23,272 nt of DNA from a virus. Its lineage: Duplodnaviria > Heunggongvirae > Uroviricota > Caudoviricetes. The stretch is from the IMG/VR virus record IMGVR_UViG_3300012667_000768, one strand, 5' to 3'. Of the stretch, positions 15,973 through 23,272 are shown in pieces; the first letter of the stretch is position 1; every line of letters begins with the position of its first letter. The notes under the pieces were generated by a model. That model worked only from the letters and a program-made list of their open reading frames with translations, did no database searches and was not told the origin of the DNA. The position numbers and the translations under genes are program-made.

Positions 15973-16891
15973 TAAATACCTCCATAATATTAGCTATTTC
16001 TTTAGTCTCTAGTTCTTGTATATAAGTTAAGTATTCGACTAATTCGTCGGATATACTCATTTTCTTATCTAGTACTAGGGCAGTATCGCTACTACGCTTA
16101 ACTAGTTTTTTATCTAGTAGATCCGAATTTTCGATTTTACTAAGATCCTTTATGCTTCCTTCAAGCTCATAAATAGTATGATGGAAGTCAGTGGAAACCA
16201 TTTCTGATTGGTCACTTACTGTCTTACGTAGAAGCTGTGGCAAGTCAAAAGACTTCCACTGCCAAGACCAATCGTCATTTACTAGTAAATAGCCGGTGTC
16301 TACTTCATGTCTATGAAAAGAGGTAGTCATAGGACTACCTGGATAAACTATGTTCTTCTGCGTGTTGGAGTGAGAGTGTAAGTCTCCAGCAAATACTACT
16401 GGAAACTTCTCAAGCCACTCTAAAGGGATCTCAGGTTTAACGTGAGGAGGAATCTCTCCACGAACATGAGTAAATACTGGTTTAGCCTCTAGACCATCCC
16501 AAGTATCTTTCTTTTTAATATACTCATAAGGTACAACATAATAGTTATCTCCCTCATAAATATAATCAACCACAACTTCTACTAGAGGATTTAGTCTTTC
16601 TGTAACTCCTTTGAGTTCCGTGAAGAAGCTTTTACCCTTTTTAGTGGCCTCGTGATTGCCTGTAGAGATGATAGTTTTCTTCTTTCTCTGAGCTACGAAC
16701 TGAAAGTACAGTGTTAGCTCTTCTAAAGTAGGCATCCTGTCAAATATATCTCCAGGAATAACTATTGTGTCTACGTTTTTTTCTGCTTCTGAAACTTGGT
16801 CAAAGAACATATTATATCTGTTGATAGCCCATTCTTTGGGTACGTTCTTCTGTCCAAGTTTAATATGAATATCTGCTATTACTAGTAACAT
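15935..16891 (-). CDS. D12: SbcD/Mre11-like metallophosphoesterase nuclease, T5 D12-like
   Basis: ADIH, GDIFD, GNHE, THV, GDLH and YPGSP motifs; SD GGAG; directly upstream of the D13 homologue. Confidence 0.92.
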   Translation of the reverse strand: MLLVIADIHIKLGQKNVPKEWAINRYNMFFDQVSEAEKNVDTIVIPGDIFDRMPTLEELTLYFQFVAQRKKKTIISTGNHEATKKGKSFFTELKGVTERLNPLVEVVVDYIYEGDNYYVVPYEYIKKKDTWDGLEAKPVFTHVRGEIPPHVKPEIPLEWLEKFPVVFAGDLHSHSNTQKNIVYPGSPMTTSFHRHEVDTGYLLVNDDWSWQWKSFDLPQLLRKTVSDQSEMVSTDFHHTIYELEGSIKDLSKIENSDLLDKKLVKRSSDTALVLDKKMSISDELVEYLTYIQELETKEIANIMEVFNEYGSTEVNRVG

Positions 16892-16900
16892 ACAACTCCG

Positions 16901-16938
16901 AATAAGAAGCCCAGGACACTAGTAAGTATCCTGGGCTT
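16901..16938 (-). terminator. Intrinsic terminator/attenuator after the SSB gene
   Basis: Perfect 10-bp outer stem AAGCCCAGGA (16907-16916 / 16929-16938). On the - strand it extends to 14 bp via a U-G wobble plus 3 pairs around a 4-nt loop, and is followed by CUUAUU. It starts 7 nt after the D11 stop. Confidence 0.8.
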
Positions 16939-16945
16939 GATGTTT

Positions 16946-17581
16946 TTATTCTACGTTGAGTTCGTCTTCTACTGACTCGTCGATTGTATCTTCCTCACCC
17001 TTCTGTAGCTTCTCTAGAAGTTCCTTCTGAGCTGCTGGTGTAGCGCGTGGTAGTAGTTCTTCGATAGTCTTTGAGGTAGTGACAGCTTCCTTCTCGGCGT
17101 CTGTTAGAGGACGCTTTGAGTTAGCACACTTCATAACCTGAAGAGTATACTCTACGTTGATTGGTAGTGGCCCAGTCTTCTTCTTCTGGAACTTGAGATC
17201 CCATCCATTTTCAGGATCGGTAGGATCGCCAAGGTCCTCAATATTAGCCATGATCTGGTCAAAGAGCTTCTTCTTAAAGTTGAAGATCTTTGGTACACCA
17301 TTGTCTAGGCACATCATTGAGTAAGACCAGCCACACTTTAGATCTGGGAAAAATTCTTTTACCCAATCCTTTTCAGCTTTATCAAATGTTTCAGTCTCGC
17401 GATTGAACTCTAAGCACTCAAAAGGAAGATTCTTATTGTTAGTACCCTTAATCCAGTATACGTAACGTGCTAGAATATTACCAAATAAGCGAATTGAATT
17501 ATCGCCATCTACGATCTTATATGAGTCAGCCTTTTCTTTCTTAGCTGAACCCTTAACTGAACCAAAACTTAAACCTGCCAT
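16946..17581 (-). CDS. D11: Putative single-stranded DNA-binding protein, T5 D11-like
   Basis: RYVYW....PFECL.FNRE.E.F block as in recalled T5 D11, acidic C-terminal tail (EEDTIDESVEDELNVE) and SD AGGAG. Confidence 0.85.
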   Translation of the reverse strand: MAGLSFGSVKGSAKKEKADSYKIVDGDNSIRLFGNILARYVYWIKGTNNKNLPFECLEFNRETETFDKAEKDWVKEFFPDLKCGWSYSMMCLDNGVPKIFNFKKKLFDQIMANIEDLGDPTDPENGWDLKFQKKKTGPLPINVEYTLQVMKCANSKRPLTDAEKEAVTTSKTIEELLPRATPAAQKELLEKLQKGEEDTIDESVEDELNVE

Positions 17582-17976
17582 GTGTGTTCTCCTGTGTAAT
17601 CTTCGTAAAGGAAGTGGATTTCACCGTCGTCAATACGAAGTAGTCTGTTGTTGTTTATTGCGTCTTGCCCCAAAGGACTTAGGGCTAAGTCTAGTGTTAT
17701 CTTACCGCTTACGTGGTACTCTCCAAGACTTCTAAAGCTAGCTAAACCAATATAGTCTGCTAACTCTTTATCCCTCCATTTATGTCTAAATCGGAGTAGA
17801 AGCTCTGGATTTACCAGAAAGCTGTGTCCTTCAAAGTCTTCGTAGTAATATCTATAGGTAGGGTCGAACCTATTTCTAGGCATACCCGTTTGGAGCATAG
17901 CCTCTAATATAAGAAGCACACGCTTTGAGCTGTTACCAGCTTTATTTCGTATTTTTTTCCAACTATAGAGTAACAT
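17569..17976 (-). CDS. Conserved T5-like hypothetical protein between D10 and D11; probable start ATG 17976 (ORF track start TTG 17985)
   Basis: SF.VN...L......LA.Y.GL.S.R...EY pattern and position match the small conserved gene upstream of D11 in T5, as recalled. Confidence 0.75.
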   Translation of the reverse strand: MLLYSWKKIRNKAGNSSKRVLLILEAMLQTGMPRNRFDPTYRYYYEDFEGHSFLVNPELLLRFRHKWRDKELADYIGLASFRSLGEYHVSGKITLDLALSPLGQDAINNNRLLRIDDGEIHFLYEDYTGEHTWQV

Positions 17977-18004
17977 ATATACCAAAATATGAGATAAAAG
18001 TCAA
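17976..18004 (-). promoter_or_regulatory. Candidate sigma70-type promoter TTGACT-N17-TATATA with extended -10 TG
   Basis: The - strand reads tagttc TTGACT tttatctcatattttgg TATATA tg in the only AT-rich gap after the D10 stop. The spacer is 17 nt; the -10 lacks the conserved T at -7. Confidence 0.58.
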
Positions 18005-18007
18005 GAA

Positions 18008-19315
18008 CTATTTTATGAACTTTATCTCATAGCCTTCCTTCATATAGTGCCCTAGTCTATTATTATGCTGCCGAGTAACTGTATTACCAGCTAGTTTAAT
18101 ATCCACAATAATAGGTTTAGGTTTACCTGGGTGCTCACGAATAATACGACCAATCAACTGTTCTAGTAAAGGCATATTATTCAACGGAGTGGCTAGAATT
18201 AAGCAACTCAATGGATTAATGGATAAACCTTCTGATACTAGACTTTGCGTTCCCCATACTTGAGTTATGGAGCCATCAAAAACTGAATTGATTATCTTCT
18301 CTCTAGCGTCTTCTTTTACGGAACCTACTAAAAGATCAGATGTATTATTAGATGCTTCACTACACGCTCTTAAAAATTCCACTCTTTCGGAGACGATAAC
18401 AACTTTGTGTCCTTCATTAGCATACTTATCTGCTAGTGCGACTACTAGGTTTCTGTATAGTGATGATTCTTTTAATACATTAATCTTTTCAGCCCAAGAA
18501 GCCCCAGAGTAATCAGAGAAGTGAATACCTGATTCTACTATATGAACTTCTGGAGTCATAGTGTTTTCTTTATCTGGTCTAAATATCTTGGAGCCAAAGT
18601 AGTCTTTAAATACTACATGCTTCTGGTCTTTTCTCTCGATTGTACCAGAGAGACCAATTTTATACCTAGAAAACATAGCGTCAATAACTTTAGAAAAAGT
18701 AGGGCTCGATACGTGGTGCATTTCGTCTAGAATCACCAAACCAAATTCTCTACTAATCTTAGCTACGTGTTTAGTCAAGCTTTGAATATTTGCTACGACT
18801 ACAGGGCTATCAGTGTTAAATTTACCACTGCCTATGACCCCAGGTTTAATGCCTAATGTCTTTACTATTTCTTTTTCCCACTGATTACGCAGTGCTACTG
18901 TATGAACAACAACTAGAGTTTTCTGTTTAAACTTAGATGCAATGGCTAGACCTGTGAAAGTCTTACCATAGCCAACCTTAGCATTAATGATGCAATTTCC
19001 ATCAATCTCATCATAAATTTCCTGTTGGCTCGGTCTAAGATCAAACTTAAACTCTGGGAAATCTTCTATAGTATTATAGGCTCTTTTATCAACTACCTCA
19101 AAGTTCTTAGGAATCAAATCAAGGCGGCCAACTGGAAAGGCAACAAGATACTTGCCTCCAGCTATATTATAATTAATAACCTTAAGATTCTTTATTGTGA
19201 TGAACTTTTCAGGCTCATTATAAGACGGAATCGTGTATGTAAGTTCTTTTTCAAGAGTCTTATACATCGAAGGCTCAACCGTCATATAAATTTTATTACT
19301 TATAATTGCCTTCAT
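18008..19315 (-). CDS. D10: SF2 DNA helicase, T5 D10 / UvsW-like
   Basis: Q-motif LRPSQ, Walker A AKVGYGKT, DEMHH, GLSGT, SEGLS and motif VI QLIGRIIR; SD GAGGA. Confidence 0.93.
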   Translation of the reverse strand: MKAIISNKIYMTVEPSMYKTLEKELTYTIPSYNEPEKFITIKNLKVINYNIAGGKYLVAFPVGRLDLIPKNFEVVDKRAYNTIEDFPEFKFDLRPSQQEIYDEIDGNCIINAKVGYGKTFTGLAIASKFKQKTLVVVHTVALRNQWEKEIVKTLGIKPGVIGSGKFNTDSPVVVANIQSLTKHVAKISREFGLVILDEMHHVSSPTFSKVIDAMFSRYKIGLSGTIERKDQKHVVFKDYFGSKIFRPDKENTMTPEVHIVESGIHFSDYSGASWAEKINVLKESSLYRNLVVALADKYANEGHKVVIVSERVEFLRACSEASNNTSDLLVGSVKEDAREKIINSVFDGSITQVWGTQSLVSEGLSINPLSCLILATPLNNMPLLEQLIGRIIREHPGKPKPIIVDIKLAGNTVTRQHNNRLGHYMKEGYEIKFIK

Positions 19316-19350
19316 TTATTTCCTCAAGGACATTCCGTCCTTCCTAGTAC

Positions 19351-20025
19351 TTATAATTTATTAAGCACTTCATCCTTTTTGATAATATAATTTTTTACGA
19401 AATCGCTTCGGACAATATCATCCTTAGCGAAATCTACGAAGTCAAACTCTTCCATTCTTTGCAGAACAGTATAGAAGTCTTGGAATCCATTTTTATATAG
19501 GTCGGCTTGTTTAATATCACCACAGAACATAATTCTACAGTTATCGCCTAAACGAGTAACAATAGAATCTAGCTCATGATATGTCATGTTTTGACATTCA
19601 TCAACTATAACTACAGCGTCTCTTAATGTAGTTCCTCTAATGAAGGAAGTGGACATAAAATGAATAAGTCCCTTTTTCTTCATTATTTCATACGCATCAC
19701 CTCTACCTAATAACTCTGTAGCTATATCAATATAAGGTGCTTCGTATACTTCTACTTTTTCTTTCTCATTTCCTGGTAAGAAACCAAGGTTCCTAGTAGG
19801 AACAGCACTTCTAATATAGACTAGTTTATTGTGCCTACCACTAAATATACTATTGTATCCTAGAAATGATGCTAAGTAAGTTTTACCTGTACCTGCATAG
19901 CCAGTTAATACAATATGTTTCTTACTATTTAGAACAAAACGTTGTTTTAAATTCAGAGGCTCAATATGCCCTACTCGAAATTCGGGCTGATGTTGAGCAT
20001 GTGAGTTTTTTCTTTTATTTCGCAT
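19351..20025 (-). CDS. phoH: PhoH-family ATPase
   Basis: GYAGTGKT, RSAV, GFLPG, FIRGTTL, DECQNMT, TRLG, GDIKQAD and DIVRS motifs. Confidence 0.95.
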   Translation of the reverse strand: MRNKRKNSHAQHQPEFRVGHIEPLNLKQRFVLNSKKHIVLTGYAGTGKTYLASFLGYNSIFSGRHNKLVYIRSAVPTRNLGFLPGNEKEKVEVYEAPYIDIATELLGRGDAYEIMKKKGLIHFMSTSFIRGTTLRDAVVIVDECQNMTYHELDSIVTRLGDNCRIMFCGDIKQADLYKNGFQDFYTVLQRMEEFDFVDFAKDDIVRSDFVKNYIIKKDEVLNKL

Positions 20026-20031
20026 ATTATC

Positions 20032-20529
20032 TCATACTCGCTTATAGGAGTCTTTCCCTTTCGTGGAAGCAAGATCATATAGTAACCAAGGAGATCCTTT
20101 ATAATATAATACTCTAGCCCACTGGGCATCCCCATAAGGAGGTCTTGGTAATTTGAACGGATATGGAACTAGTTTTAACCATACAATAGTACAGTCTTCT
20201 TTTAATTCTATACGCGATATTCTATGGTAAATAAGGGGGCTATTTACAGTTTTTCTATAAATAAAAGGAACCCCATTACTATCTATAAAAATCTTATGCT
20301 TAGACATAAGCATAGATTGGTAGTCTGGGTAAGCCCTACGTAGCCTACATAAGTCTTTACGACCACATTGGATTCTACGAACTCCTAGGCTCTTACCCGG
20401 CATATTAGTATCATCTAATACCTTACCATCATTTATAAACAAAACACCGTCTTGTTTATACCAATCGGAAGATGGCAAGGCATAGATAGGATACTTAATA
20501 TTCTTTATATCCTTAAATTCTTTATACAT
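20032..20529 (-). CDS. Conserved T5-like hypothetical protein (165 aa) downstream of DNA polymerase
   Basis: Same size and position as the gene after T5 pol; FIDSNG and VPYPF motifs recalled from the T5 counterpart; TAATG coupling to pol. Confidence 0.72.
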   Translation of the reverse strand: MYKEFKDIKNIKYPIYALPSSDWYKQDGVLFINDGKVLDDTNMPGKSLGVRRIQCGRKDLCRLRRAYPDYQSMLMSKHKIFIDSNGVPFIYRKTVNSPLIYHRISRIELKEDCTIVWLKLVPYPFKLPRPPYGDAQWARVLYYKGSPWLLYDLASTKGKDSYKRV

Positions 20530-22829
20530 TATGCAGCAAGTAGTAGCTCGCCATACTGTGTATCGAATTTTCCAAAGGAGTAATCGTCTCCAATTTCAAA
20601 GTCACAGCCGATAGAGCATCCTGGAATAGATAGACCACGATCAGTCTTAATAAACTCCTTAAGTTTGCTAATATAGTTGTCTACTTCATCATCAGGAACT
20701 TCCGCGAGAATCGAGTCATGCACTAGAGCGAAGATACGTGCCTTCAAGCCCGAACGCTTGATATACTGATTCATTTCTATACCTGCGAGAAGATTTACGT
20801 CACTAGCAGGTGACTGCACTAGGAAGTTTAGTCCCGATCTAATAGCATGAGATTTAATCCCACCATCAGTAGACAGAACGTTAGGCAGACGACGCTTACG
20901 ACCAAAATAAGAGTAAATGTATCCATTATTTGCAATGAACTCCTGATTCTTCGTAATCCAAGTTTTCAATCCGTGGAACTGCTTAAAGTAAGCCTTAATA
21001 GCTTCCTTAGCGTCATCCTCGGTAAAGACATAATCCATCCCGTTATCTTTAGCATCCTTAGTTACCTGCCAACTAATCTTGGAAGGACCAGCACCATACA
21101 TGATACCAAAGGTAATAGCCTTAGCAGCCTGACGTAGTAGAGGGTAGAGCGCTTTAACTTCACTAACTTCACATGGAAGACCAAAGACCTTCTTAGCGAT
21201 AGTAGAGTGAAAATCGCCTCCGCTACTAAATACATTCATCAGTTCTTTATCGTTAGATAGAACCGCAGCAACATAGACTTCAGCAGTCGTTAAGTCGACA
21301 GCGACGATCTTATGACCTGCGGTAGCTTTAATACTACCCTTAACAGCAGAGTTGTCGCGAGGCAGCTGCTGTAGATTAAGCTTGCCTGAAGAACTGAGAC
21401 GCCCACTAGTGGTGCCATGAATATTAAAGTTAGTCCTAAGACGACCATCTCTATCAAGCTGTGGAATAATCTTATCAAGGTATGTGTTCTTAATTTTGCT
21501 CTTCTGACGAATGTTCAGAATAAGTCTTGGAATATGATGTTGTTCTGCTAATTCTTTTAGGACTTCAGCATCCGTTGAGTTAGCACCTGTACTAGTTTTC
21601 TTTCCAATAGGTTGGAGACCAACATAATCGAAAAGGAAACTACGAAGCTGCATAACGCTATTTGGATTGAATGGTTTTCCTTGGGCTTCTTCAAACTCAC
21701 GGACTTTAGGCTCCTTATATAATTCTTCAATTGATTCATCAATGCTCTTCTGCATTTCCTGCTGAGCAAACTTTAGACGCTCTAGATCAAATGGAACACC
21801 ATTGTCCTGAACGTCAATCAAGAATGACGAAGCTGGAATAAGAATACCATTGTATACTTGATTTAGCTTCTTATTCTTAGTAACAGCGGGCTTTAGCTTT
21901 GCATAGATTAAGAAAGTTACTACGGCATCGATGGCCGCGTAAGTCTTAATAATATCAAAAGGAATAAGATCAAAAGTAAAATCATCTTTTAGAACACCCG
22001 TCTTTTTACGATACTCGTCAATCCACTCATACATTGGCTGTTCATAGTCACCATAGTCGGTGAGCTGAAGAGCTAACTGCTTTAGACCATGCGTACCTGG
22101 ATTTTCGTCAATACAGTAGTGAAGAAGCATAGTATCTTCATACTGCGGAAACTCCCAATTGAAGTGGAATCTCATGAAGGCTAAGTCGAACTTAGCATTA
22201 TGAAACACTACAATCTTCTTGTTAAATAGTTCTTGGAAAAGCCCAGAGGCTTCGTCATCAATACAGTCCGAATCAATGTATGCGCCATGATCTCGTTCGT
22301 AGCTTAAGCTAACGCCAAGTACATAACCATTTCTAGGGTATAGCCCAGTTGTTTCGGAGTCTAGACCAATAAAAGGATTAGGGCTAGCAATTGCTGCTCT
22401 TAAAAACTTCTTTAGATGGTCTGACTCTGTAATTCCATAAACACGGTCGGTCGAGTACTTTACTACTCGTTTAGACCCAGTAACATATCCGATAATGCTA
22501 TCCCGACTTTCTTCCCATAACTTGGCAGATTCGGGCTTAAACGAAACCATAGCAGGATTAATTACAGGAAGAAACTTATCTTCTACAATCTTACCACTAT
22601 AATCTGTAACGGAAGCATTCTTGGTGAAGTATTTGCAGGCATCAGACCCGACTAGAATCACCCATTCATAGTTGTCGGGGTCGAACTCAATATCCACATC
22701 CTTCTTAAGAACTTTCTTAATAGTAGGATCGGAGCATAGAGCAAACCTGTCAAATTCAAATGCTTCTTTAAAACTCTTTGAATAATCGGTACGACTAGGC
22801 TTAGTTTCAATAATTGCGATGTTAGCCAC
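20529..22829 (-). CDS. pol: Family A DNA polymerase, T5-like (N-terminal UDG-like domain, 3'-5' exonuclease, polymerase)
   Basis: Exo I GLDSETTGL, Exo II FHNAKFD, Exo III YAAID, TTSGRLSS, motif A VDLTTAE, motif B RQAAKAITFGIMYG and motif C LVHDS. GTG start overlaps the primase stop; SD AGGAG. Confidence 0.96.
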   Translation of the reverse strand: MANIAIIETKPSRTDYSKSFKEAFEFDRFALCSDPTIKKVLKKDVDIEFDPDNYEWVILVGSDACKYFTKNASVTDYSGKIVEDKFLPVINPAMVSFKPESAKLWEESRDSIIGYVTGSKRVVKYSTDRVYGITESDHLKKFLRAAIASPNPFIGLDSETTGLYPRNGYVLGVSLSYERDHGAYIDSDCIDDEASGLFQELFNKKIVVFHNAKFDLAFMRFHFNWEFPQYEDTMLLHYCIDENPGTHGLKQLALQLTDYGDYEQPMYEWIDEYRKKTGVLKDDFTFDLIPFDIIKTYAAIDAVVTFLIYAKLKPAVTKNKKLNQVYNGILIPASSFLIDVQDNGVPFDLERLKFAQQEMQKSIDESIEELYKEPKVREFEEAQGKPFNPNSVMQLRSFLFDYVGLQPIGKKTSTGANSTDAEVLKELAEQHHIPRLILNIRQKSKIKNTYLDKIIPQLDRDGRLRTNFNIHGTTSGRLSSSGKLNLQQLPRDNSAVKGSIKATAGHKIVAVDLTTAEVYVAAVLSNDKELMNVFSSGGDFHSTIAKKVFGLPCEVSEVKALYPLLRQAAKAITFGIMYGAGPSKISWQVTKDAKDNGMDYVFTEDDAKEAIKAYFKQFHGLKTWITKNQEFIANNGYIYSYFGRKRRLPNVLSTDGGIKSHAIRSGLNFLVQSPASDVNLLAGIEMNQYIKRSGLKARIFALVHDSILAEVPDDEVDNYISKLKEFIKTDRGLSIPGCSIGCDFEIGDDYSFGKFDTQYGELLLAA

Positions 22830-23271
22830 CGTATAGTTTCTCCTTTATTTTGATCACTTGTAAGGCTGTCAACTCACCTGGATCTTTAACGTTGCTGTAA
22901 GTAACCTTATTACTTGCAATTTCATGCTCGTTTAGCTTCTCTTGCAATTTAACCACTGCGTTCTGTCCGGCCTCATCATTGTCGAAGAATATATCTATAC
23001 CAGAAACTCCTTGGATTTTCAAGATATTTATTTTCTCTTCTGTCATTTTATTGACACCGAAGGCACAAACCGCATTATCTAGTCCTTTATCGTGCAAGTT
23101 CATCATATCGAAAATGCCCTCGACAAGTATAATACGTCCATGTAAAGGTTTTACTACTGGAAATAGTGGCAGTTTGGCGCCACCAGGATGGAAGAGGTAC
23201 TTTGGGTCTACGTTGCCATGGTGTCGTCCACAAAAGGCTACGATCTTACCTGTAATGTTACGTACAGGTAT
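22822..23271 (-). CDS. DNA primase, C-terminal TOPRIM part (5'-truncated at the window edge)
   Basis: The frame stays open beyond the ORF-track start at 23106 to the edge: IPVRNITGKIVAFCGR...KYL...LVEGIFDMM...AVCAFG...FFDNDEAG (TOPRIM Glu and DxD). Confidence 0.92.
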   Translation of the reverse strand: MPVRNITGKIVAFCGRHHGNVDPKYLFHPGGAKLPLFPVVKPLHGRIILVEGIFDMMNLHDKGLDNAVCAFGVNKMTEEKINILKIQGVSGIDIFFDNDEAGQNAVVKLQEKLNEHEIASNKVTYSNVKDPGELTALQVIKIKEKLYGG

Positions 23272-23272
23272 A

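Noticed and set aside
1-23272. CRISPR array, tRNA/ncRNA genes, anti-defence or defence genes, stop-codon reassignment
   Set aside because: Intergenic gaps are at most ~55 nt, there is no repeat-spacer pattern or cloverleaf, and all core genes are intact in the standard code with TAA, TAG and TGA all used as stops.

Overview
This window is part of a lytic, T5-like (Demerecviridae-related) siphophage genome, AT-rich and almost fully coding, with two convergent blocks that meet at a bidirectional intrinsic terminator at ~9170-9210. The + strand (1-9168) is the end of the tail operon: distal tail protein (pb9-like, 5'-truncated), a greatly enlarged baseplate hub protein (pb3-like, 1474 aa), a 1251-aa modular central fibre (partly pb4-like) and a tail-assembly chaperone. 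The - strand (23272->9207) is the replication/recombination module in T5 order: primase (partial), family A DNA polymerase, conserved 165-aa protein, D10 helicase, conserved hypothetical, D11 SSB, D12/D13 (Mre11/Rad50-like), D14 and D15 flap endonuclease. Two things differ from T5: phoH is inserted before D10, and an nrdA-small ORF-nrdB-glutaredoxin cassette follows D15. I found no defence system, mobile element, intron, intein, CRISPR array or RNA gene. The most unusual part is the tail tip: four domain insertions in the hub, an FNIII domain apparently split between hub and fibre, a repeat-built fibre, and no p132/pb1 side-fibre genes at their T5 position. All homology calls come from motif recognition and recalled T5 proteins, not database searches.
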